From contig CAIKMY010000220.1 of NCBI GenBank assembly GCA_903828635.1, positions 1-47,574 of the forward strand: a stretch of DNA of 47,574 nt, given 5' to 3'. Below are positions 42,438-47,574 of this stretch, piece after piece. Each line of letters begins with the position of its first letter. Positions within the stretch are counted from its first letter, which is position 1. The notes beneath the pieces were generated by a model. The model was not told the DNA's origin. It did no database searches and saw only the letters and a program-made list of their open reading frames with translations. The position numbers and the translations under genes were made by a program. Origin of the DNA: an uncultured Acidobacteriota bacterium. GTDB taxonomy: Bacteria > Acidobacteriota > Blastocatellia > RBC074.

Positions 42438-43385
42438 ATGAAGACCACATCCGTCACCCACTCTGACCTGCGGGGAGTCTTCCCCGTACCGCCGCTTGCC
42501 CGCCGCCACGAGGCACGCCGCACGCTCGATTTCGAGCAGAACCAGCGAATCGTCGATCATCTCGTCGCCGGTGGCATGACCAGATTCCTCTACGGCGGCA
42601 ACGCTTTCCTTTACCACATCACCCTCGCCGAATACGAGGAGCTGCTTGACTGGCTCTCCGGCTTTCCGGATGAACTCTGGCCGATCCCGAGCCTCGGACC
42701 GTCCTATGGCCGCGCCATCGACCAGGCCGCCATCCTCAGGCGTCACCGCTTTCCCTGCGCGATGATGCTCCCCTGTGGCGATCCGCGTGATGCCGCCGGC
42801 CTCGAACGCGGCCTGCGTGAAATCGCCGATGCCGCCGGCCTGCCGCTTATCCTCTATCTCAAAGATCTCAACAACTTTGGCAACAACCTTGAAGCCGGGC
42901 TAGATGTCGTCGCCAGACTGGTCGATGAGGGTCTCTGCGTCTGGATTAAGTATGCTGTCGTCCGTGAGGATCCGCGTGAGGATGACTACCTCGAATCCCT
43001 GCTGAGTCGCGTTGATCGCGGTCGCGTCGTCAGTGGCATCGGCGAGCGTCCGGCCATCGCCCACCTCCGTGAATGGCGACTGCCCGGCTTCACTACCGGA
43101 TCAGGCTGCATCGCCCCGCGAATGAGCAACCTCCTCCGCGAAGCCTGCCAGCAAGGGGACTGGGATGCTGCCGAGGCGATCCGTGCCCGCTTTATCCCTC
43201 ACGAGGATCTGCGCGACGGCTGGTCACCCGCCAAGGTGCTCCATCACGCGACCGAACTTGCCAGTATCGCCCGCACCGGGCCGGTACCGCCGTTCCTCTC
43301 GCCACTCAGCGAGGCACAGTGCCAGCAACTCAGGGGCGTCGCCATCGAGCTGGCCGCTGCTGACCGGGAGGCTCCCGGGGCCTGA
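42438..43385 (+). CDS. Dihydrodipicolinate synthase/N-acetylneuraminate lyase (DapA) family protein, divergent
   Basis: 315 aa. Blocks LYGGNAFLYHITLAEYEELL and VWIKYAV (candidate Schiff-base Lys) resemble DapA-family class I aldolases. Assignment is by eye only. Confidence 0.6.
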   Translation: MKTTSVTHSDLRGVFPVPPLARRHEARRTLDFEQNQRIVDHLVAGGMTRFLYGGNAFLYHITLAEYEELLDWLSGFPDELWPIPSLGPSYGRAIDQAAILRRHRFPCAMMLPCGDPRDAAGLERGLREIADAAGLPLILYLKDLNNFGNNLEAGLDVVARLVDEGLCVWIKYAVVREDPREDDYLESLLSRVDRGRVVSGIGERPAIAHLREWRLPGFTTGSGCIAPRMSNLLREACQQGDWDAAEAIRARFIPHEDLRDGWSPAKVLHHATELASIARTGPVPPFLSPLSEAQCQQLRGVAIELAAADREAPGA

Positions 43386-43440
43386 AGATTGATGACCCGA
43401 CTTACGCATCAACAAAGCTGTTTGCGATACCAGTCTGGCC

Positions 43441-43521
43441 ATTGATCCTGTCACGGGAGATTCGTGCTCAGGCATCCGGGGAACTGATGATCCAGCTCGA
43501 GTTCCCCGCCCCACCAAGGCC
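43441..43521. repeat. Copy A of a dispersed ~80-nt non-coding element
   Basis: ATTGATCCTGTCACGGGAGAT...TGCTCAGGCAT...CTGATG...CAAGGCC. The first 56 nt differ from copy B at 8 positions by my manual alignment. Confidence 0.8.
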
Positions 43522-43779
43522 TTTTGCGGAGCCGGGAGGGCGTTGATACCGATGCTGGTTTCGCGGATAATCCCGGATGTCCCATTTGCGATGATGGTCG
43601 ACCATTGGGAAAGAAGCCGGCAGCCATCGGCTGGTCTCCATTCTACGTTATGTGTGGTCCGGCCTGGTTCGATGAAGATTGTCTGACGGCTCGCCTGGTG
43701 AGAGAGGATTGCTTTGGGCATGTTGTGGGGCTTGAATTCCTGGTATTTCCGCCGGTGGAGAGTCGTATGCGGAGGCGTA

Positions 43780-43992
43780 ATGATTATTGAAGAGAAGTTA
43801 TCCGAGTCGATCCGAAAATTGCCGCCCTCACTTCAGCAGGAATTGCTCGATTTTGTCGAATTCTTATTGATCAGAGCCGAACGGCGAGAAATGGGGGAAT
43901 GGACTGATTTTTCAATCACAAGTGCTATGCAAGGCATGGAAGATGAGGAGCCAATCTATACTCTGGATGATTTGAAGGTGGTCTTTCGATGA
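43780..43992 (+). CDS. DUF2281-like antitoxin of the MazF-like toxin
   Basis: ORF 43714..43992. ATG 43780 is preceded by GGAGG. MIIEEKLSESIRKLPPSLQQELLDFVEFLL is DUF2281-like. ATGA overlap with the toxin gene. Confidence 0.65.
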   Translation: MIIEEKLSESIRKLPPSLQQELLDFVEFLLIRAERREMGEWTDFSITSAMQGMEDEEPIYTLDDLKVVFR

Positions 43993-44336
43993 AACACCCA
44001 GGCCAAATTATCCTGTTTCCCTTTCCGCATACCGATTTTGCGCAGGGCAAACAGCGTCCTGGTTTATTACTTGCCCGGCTGCCAGGGGATTATGACGATT
44101 GGTTGATTTGTATGATTTCGTCTCAACTGCGCCATTGTCAGCCTCGCTTCGATGAACTGTTACTGGAAAAGGATGACGATTTTGTGGAAAGCGGCCTGAA
44201 AGTTCCAAGTGTGATACGAGTTGGACGATTAGCAGTGGCTGAAGGTGAATCCATATCGGGCACAATCGGTCAAATTTCCAGTGTTAGGTTGAAGCGTATC
44301 AAGAATCACTTAGTCGATTGGCTGATTCGAGATTGA
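43989..44336 (+). CDS. mazF: PemK/MazF-family type II toxin (endoribonuclease)
   Basis: 115 aa. N-terminus GQIILFPFPHTDFAQGKQRPGLLLA matches the MazF/PemK SH3-like start. Confidence 0.75.
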   Translation: MKHPGQIILFPFPHTDFAQGKQRPGLLLARLPGDYDDWLICMISSQLRHCQPRFDELLLEKDDDFVESGLKVPSVIRVGRLAVAEGESISGTIGQISSVRLKRIKNHLVDWLIRD

Positions 44337-44455
44337 GGCCAGATTGCGATTCAATCCACCTCAGTGTCTGTATCAGTTTCGACCCTCACTCCCAATTGTT
44401 TGGTGTCGAGGTTTTGCACACCGACGTCTCCAGGATCAGCGCGGTCACTTCCTGG

Positions 44456-44539
44456 ATTGATCCTGTCACGGGAGATCCCTGCTCAGGCATTCGACGAGCT
44501 GATGGTTCAGCAGCACCAGTTTTCCCATTCATCAAGGCC
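44456..44539. repeat. Copy B of the dispersed ~80-nt non-coding element
   Basis: Same orientation as copy A. 21 identical nt at the 5' end, and the identical blocks TGCTCAGGCAT and CTGATG. Confidence 0.8.
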
Positions 44540-44629
44540 ATCGTTGGCGATCTACCCGCCAAGTCCGGGGCATTTGCAGGCGCCCCGACGTGCCCCTCAT
44601 CACCCGAGCACCAGCAGAGGGCAACGTAG

Positions 44630-44707
44630 GGGCAAGGCCTTGTGCCTGCCCTGGTTCCGGGTAAAGCCCCCCGCCGGAAGAGATGGGGCAACCACAAGGG
44701 TTGCCCC
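44630..44707. repeat. Two inverted copies of a GC-rich palindromic (REP-like) hairpin element
   Basis: H1 44630-44651: GGGCAAGGC/CTTGT/GCCTGCCC. H2 44685-44707: GGGGCAAC/CACAAGG/GTTGCCCC. The loops are reverse complements of each other (CTTGT vs ACAAG). Confidence 0.75.
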
Positions 44708-44814
44708 TCTTGCCTGCCTCGAAGGGCTGAGTAGTTGGAGCTCCAGTGTGGATCCATTGCTATATTGATTGTGTGAGAAGACGACTGTAAAATTCCGGAC
44801 GGAGTTCGGGCATC

Positions 44815-45051
44815 ATGGACAATATAACTTTACAGGCCCACTTTGACGGGAAGCAAAGTTTGTTGGACGAGCCAATGGAACTTCAGCCTGGGACCAGGCT
44901 TCTCATTACCATCACCTCTCCTTCAGAAAAAGAGCGCGAGGAGTGGCTGAGTTATTCAATGCAGTTGTTGGGCAAGGCTTATAGCAGTGACGAACCGGAG
45001 TATTCACTTGGCCTGATAAAAGAGCATAATCCCGAATATGAGATAAGGTGA
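44815..45051 (+). CDS. AF2212/DUF104-like antitoxin-family protein (orphan)
   Basis: The N-terminus ITLQAHFDGKQSLLDEPMELQPGTRLLITI resembles the DUF104 pattern. The C-terminal DEPEYSLGLIKE resembles the tail of the upstream antitoxin. Confidence 0.6.
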   Translation: MDNITLQAHFDGKQSLLDEPMELQPGTRLLITITSPSEKEREEWLSYSMQLLGKAYSSDEPEYSLGLIKEHNPEYEIR

Positions 45052-45112
45052 CGTGATTTTGACGCCACTTCTACAGGCGAATGACTGTTCCACACTACCG
45101 TGTCATGAGTAA
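45038..45112 (+). pseudogene. Remnant of a MazF/PemK-like toxin gene (nonsense codon at position 3, truncated after ~24 codons)
   Basis: ATG AGA TAA GGT GAC GTG ATT TTG ACG CCA... reads M R * G D V I L T P L L Q A N D. GDVIL.P is the canonical PemK/MazF N-terminus. It overlaps the antitoxin stop as in intact pairs. Confidence 0.4.
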
Positions 45113-45180
45113 GCGTACCTAACTGAGGTGAGGTGTTGGGCGGTGGAGACTAATAGGGTAAAAAAAGAGAGGATCCACCA

Positions 45181-45639
45181 ATGACGGAGATCAAAAGAGA
45201 TGAAGGCTGCCCGGGGGATCGTGCGGTGCTCCGGGGGCGAGATGTCGACAAGGGGGTGGTATTGCACCTGATGCAGGGCCGTTTTCCTGAGCTACTCGCG
45301 CTCTATGCTTTTGGCAGTCGGGTGACGGGAGAGGCGACGGTGGAAAGCGACCTTGACCTGGCGATTCTGGTCGATGGACGGGTCGATCCTCTCTCTCTCT
45401 TCCATCTGGCGGGGGAGGTGTCCGAGATCGTCGGCTGCGACATCGATCTGGTCGATTTCCGCACCGCTTCAACAGTCATGCAGTACCAGATCATCACCAC
45501 CGGTGAGCGCTGGTGGCAGCGGGACTTCCGTGCCGACCTCTACGAGGCGATGGTTCTCAATCAGAAGACCTCTCTCGACGAGGCCCGCGCCGGTCTGATT
45601 GGCGACATCATGCAACGGGGCAGCGTCTATGGCCGATGA
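45181..45639 (+). CDS. mntA: MntA-type minimal nucleotidyltransferase antitoxin (type VII TA)
   Basis: GS-x10-DxD motif: AFGSRVTGEATVESDLDLAIL. AGAGAGGA Shine-Dalgarno upstream. Confidence 0.75.
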   Translation: MTEIKRDEGCPGDRAVLRGRDVDKGVVLHLMQGRFPELLALYAFGSRVTGEATVESDLDLAILVDGRVDPLSLFHLAGEVSEIVGCDIDLVDFRTASTVMQYQIITTGERWWQRDFRADLYEAMVLNQKTSLDEARAGLIGDIMQRGSVYGR

Positions 45640-46072
45640 CCTTCTGATCAACAAGACGGCGACAATCGAGCGCGGCGTCTCCCGGATCCGGGAGGAGTAC
45701 GGCGGCGATGAGGTGTCATTCAGCCGCAGTCATACTCGACAGGATGCGGCGATTCTCAATATCCAGCGTGCCTGCGAGGCGGCGCTCGATATGGGCCAAT
45801 ACCTGGTGCGAAGGGAGAGACTGGGTGTTCCACAAAGCTCTCGCGATATCTTTACCCTCCTCGCGCAGGCCGGCTGGATTGACCCGCCACTGGCGGAAGA
45901 TCTGAAACGCATGGTTGGGTTCCGTAACATTGCGGTTCACGAATACCAGACGCTTCAGTTGCCGATAGTCATCTCCGTCATCGAGCAGAACCTCGATCAG
46001 TTTCTCGCATTTACCAGGTCGATCCTGCTCAAGGAGGCTTCTCTGAGTTCCAGGCGAGACGGTCATTTCTGA
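45629..46072 (+). CDS. hepT: HepT-type (DUF86) HEPN ribonuclease toxin
   Basis: ORF 45599..46072, which starts at TTG. ATG 45629 (MADDLLINK) overlaps the mntA stop by 11 nt. HEPN motif Rx4HxY present as RNIAVHEY. Confidence 0.8.
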   Translation: MADDLLINKTATIERGVSRIREEYGGDEVSFSRSHTRQDAAILNIQRACEAALDMGQYLVRRERLGVPQSSRDIFTLLAQAGWIDPPLAEDLKRMVGFRNIAVHEYQTLQLPIVISVIEQNLDQFLAFTRSILLKEASLSSRRDGHF

Positions 46073-46442
46073 TACTTCACGCGAAGACGCGAAGGCAGGG
46101 GTTGGTGTGGGGGCGGTTCACGAACCGACCCTGGCCGCGATTCAGACGATTGAAAATGACTTAATTTGTTTTCCCAAAACGGCGGATCCTGTTCTATAAT
46201 GCGACTCTTGGTAAGGTCGGAGGAAGGCCAATTCCGGCCCTGTCAAAACCTGCCTGATCCACTCCCTATGCCCTCTGCCCCGCTGGAAAAGGGATCCGGT
46301 CAGGAATCGAAAATCCAACATTGCTGCAGCCCGGAGAGACTCACAGTTTGACATTGAAGATCACCCTGAGACGGTCCCTGAGCCTCAACCCAAATCCCTT
46401 TCGCTCCGGCTTTGTTAAATCAGACTTGTATGACGGCCCCCC

Positions 46443-46487
46443 GATCAATAAGATCAATAAGATCAATAAGGTCAATAAGATCAATAA
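46443..46487. repeat. Tandem repeat, 9-bp unit GATCAATAA x5 (4th copy GGTCAATAA)
   Basis: Units at 46443, 46452, 46461, 46470 and 46479. The array ends 3 nt before the GGAG box (46491-94) upstream of the helicase start. Confidence 0.95.
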
Positions 46488-46499
46488 GACGGAGTACCT

Positions 46500-47574
46500 T
46501 TGAACTCAGCACAGACGAACAGCCTGACGCTCCCGGAACAGCCGCCCCGCCCTGGCGATCTGGTGCAGGTTCGCTCGCGGCGCTGGCTGGTCGAAGAGGT
46601 CGTGGCACCTGCCACTCCCGGCCAGTCGGCGCTCGTGCGGCTCGCCTGTGCCGATGACGACGGCCAGGGCCAGATGCTCGAAGCATACTGGGATTACGAA
46701 ATAGACCGTCGCATTCTCGAAGAAGAAGGCTGGCGGGATCTCGCCGCGCGGGGCTTCGACGAGCCCCGTCAATTTGCGGCATTCCTGCATACGCTGCGGT
46801 GGAACTGCATCACGGCGACCGATCCGAACCTCTTTCAGGCTCCGTTCCGCGCGGGCATCAGGATCGACGCCTACCAGATGGAGCCGCTGCGCAAGGCGCT
46901 GAGGCTGCCGCGGGTGAGTCTGTTCATCGCCGATGACACCGGCCTTGGCAAGACGATCGAAGCGGGCCTGATCGCGCGCGAGCTTCTCCTGCGGAAGAAG
47001 GCCAGGAGCATTGTCGTCGCGGCGCCGCCGTCGGTGCTGGAGCAGTGGAAGGCGGAGTTGGAGGAACGCTTCGGTCTGGTTTTCGAGATCCTCGATCGCG
47101 CCTACCTGACACGGATGCGCCGGGAGCGAGGCTTTGGGGTCAACCCGTGGCGCACGCACAGTCGCTTTCTGGTTTCGCACAACCTGCTCATCGATTCCAC
47201 CTACACCGACCTCATGCGGGAGTGGCTCGGGCCGATGCTGCCCGGAAGCCTGCTGATCCTCGACGAGGCTCACCACGCCGCGCCGGCGAGCGGGGGGCGT
47301 TATGGTATCGAGACCCAGTTCACGCGGGCGATTCGCGACCTGACCGGGCGCTTCGAGCACCGCATTTTTCTTTCGGCGACGCCCCACAATGGCCACTCGA
47401 ACAGTTTTTCGACGCTCCTTGAGCTGTTGGATCCGTATCGCTTCACGCGCGGCGTCAGGGTGCGGGGTAAGAAGGCACTGGAAGAGGTGATGGTGCGCCG
47501 CCTCAAGGAGGACATCCGCGAGGTGCAGGGCGGATTCCCCCGGCGCATCGTGGAACGAGTGGCGATCGATGGCC
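46500..47574 (+). CDS. SNF2-family helicase, N-terminal 358 codons, runs off the window end (DrmD-like / defence-island type)
   Basis: My own translation shows the frame open from the in-frame TAA at 46485 to nt 47574. TTG 46500 lies 5 nt after GGAG. Motif I DDTGLGKT, motif II LILDEAHH, motif III LSATPHNG. N-terminal GDLVQVRSRRWLVEEV. Not listed in the ORF track because no stop falls in the window. Confidence 0.8.
   Translation, partial: MNSAQTNSLTLPEQPPRPGDLVQVRSRRWLVEEVVAPATPGQSALVRLACADDDGQGQMLEAYWDYEIDRRILEEEGWRDLAARGFDEPRQFAAFLHTLRWNCITATDPNLFQAPFRAGIRIDAYQMEPLRKALRLPRVSLFIADDTGLGKTIEAGLIARELLLRKKARSIVVAAPPSVLEQWKAELEERFGLVFEILDRAYLTRMRRERGFGVNPWRTHSRFLVSHNLLIDSTYTDLMREWLGPMLPGSLLILDEAHHAAPASGGRYGIETQFTRAIRDLTGRFEHRIFLSATPHNGHSNSFSTLLELLDPYRFTRGVRVRGKKALEEVMVRRLKEDIREVQGGFPRRIVERVAIDG

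Noticed and set aside
43524-43790. 88-aa + strand ORF (TTG start, contains CPICDDG) whose stop overlaps the DUF2281-like antitoxin start
   Set aside because: It has no recognisable domain, only one CxxC pair, a weak ribosome-binding site and a non-ATG start. Its third codon positions are T-rich, unlike neighbouring genes. It is kept only as a remote possibility of a third TA-operon component.
44466-44528. 20-aa minus-strand mini-ORF inside element copy B (MGKLVLLNHQLVECLSRDLP), with a matching frame in copy A (...LDHQFPGCLSTNLP, stop at 43451-43453)
   Set aside because: In this frame every nucleotide difference between the copies is non-synonymous (D/N, F/L, P/V, G/E, T/R, N/D) and none is silent. 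That argues against selection on this reading frame. Copy A also lacks the corresponding start.
43441-44539. The two ~80-nt elements as a template/variable repeat pair of a diversity-generating retroelement
   Set aside because: The mismatches I see (T/C, G/C, C/T, G/A, G/C, A/G, A/G, C/T) are not adenine-specific. Neither copy sits in a convincing ORF, and there is no reverse transcriptase gene in the window.
43386-46100. Integron-like cassette array, with the repeated elements as attC sites
   Set aside because: I could not find the RYYYAAC / GTTRRRY core pairs or the required imperfect inverted-repeat architecture. The spacers after the third and fourth modules lack the element. No intI is visible.
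46506-47396. 296-aa ORF on the - strand, the longest ORF listed for this region
   Set aside because: It lies entirely antisense to the motif-bearing SNF2 reading frame. Its translation is Arg/Pro/Gly-rich with no recognisable motifs. This is a typical shadow ORF of a GC-rich gene.

Overview
GC-rich chromosomal segment of a diderm-type bacterium; the phylum cannot be determined by eye. Four blocks are visible. (1) 1-8395 (+): a polysaccharide precursor and initiation set, made of a 5'-truncated AsnB-like amidotransferase, a bi-domain oxidoreductase, a heparinase II/III-like protein, a WbuB-like GT4 and a WecA/MraY-type phosphotransferase with a long C-terminal extension. (2) 8416-24243: ordinary housekeeping genes (YkgJ-like, UDG family 4, coaBC, rpoZ, gmk, yicC, MsbA-like ABC exporter, DUF5522-like, HerA-like/DUF853 ATPase, Tat-signal Gfo/Idh/MocA oxidoreductase, RNase Z, truncated haemoglobin, zinc-ribbon protein, TlpA-like thioredoxin, purQ, purL). 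(3) 24267-38427 (-): a tightly coupled 11-gene exopolysaccharide operon. In transcription order it encodes a Wza-like exporter, a GumC/Wzz-like co-polymerase, a polyprenyl glycosylphosphotransferase, a Wzy-like protein, a flippase-GT4 fusion, a CE4 deacetylase, a TagA-like GT26, a GT2, two FemAB/CelD-like acyltransferases and a proline-dehydrogenase-fold protein. It is followed by hslO, an ArnT/PMT-like membrane glycosyltransferase, another Gfo/Idh/MocA oxidoreductase and a DapA-family protein. (4) 43386-47574 (+): an accessory islet. Its first part is visibly AT-richer: 27 and 28 G+C in the 60-nt lines starting 43981 and 44101, versus 44 in the line starting 42781. It holds a DUF2281-like/MazF-like pair flanked by two copies of an ~80-nt non-coding element, an orphan antitoxin with a decayed MazF-like toxin, and an MntA/HepT pair. 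After a 427-bp leader ending in five 9-bp GATC-containing repeats comes an SNF2-family (DrmD-like) helicase ORF that runs off the window end and is absent from the supplied ORF track. The window also contains many perfect short tandem duplications, several of them in frame inside genes (purL, TagA-like, flippase-GT4, GumC-like, ArnT-like). No rRNA, tRNA, CRISPR array or transposase was recognised. Best candidates for something new: the defence-type locus starting at 46500, which is mostly outside the window; the repeated non-coding element around the MazF module; and the PRODH-fold plus FemAB-like tail of the EPS operon.
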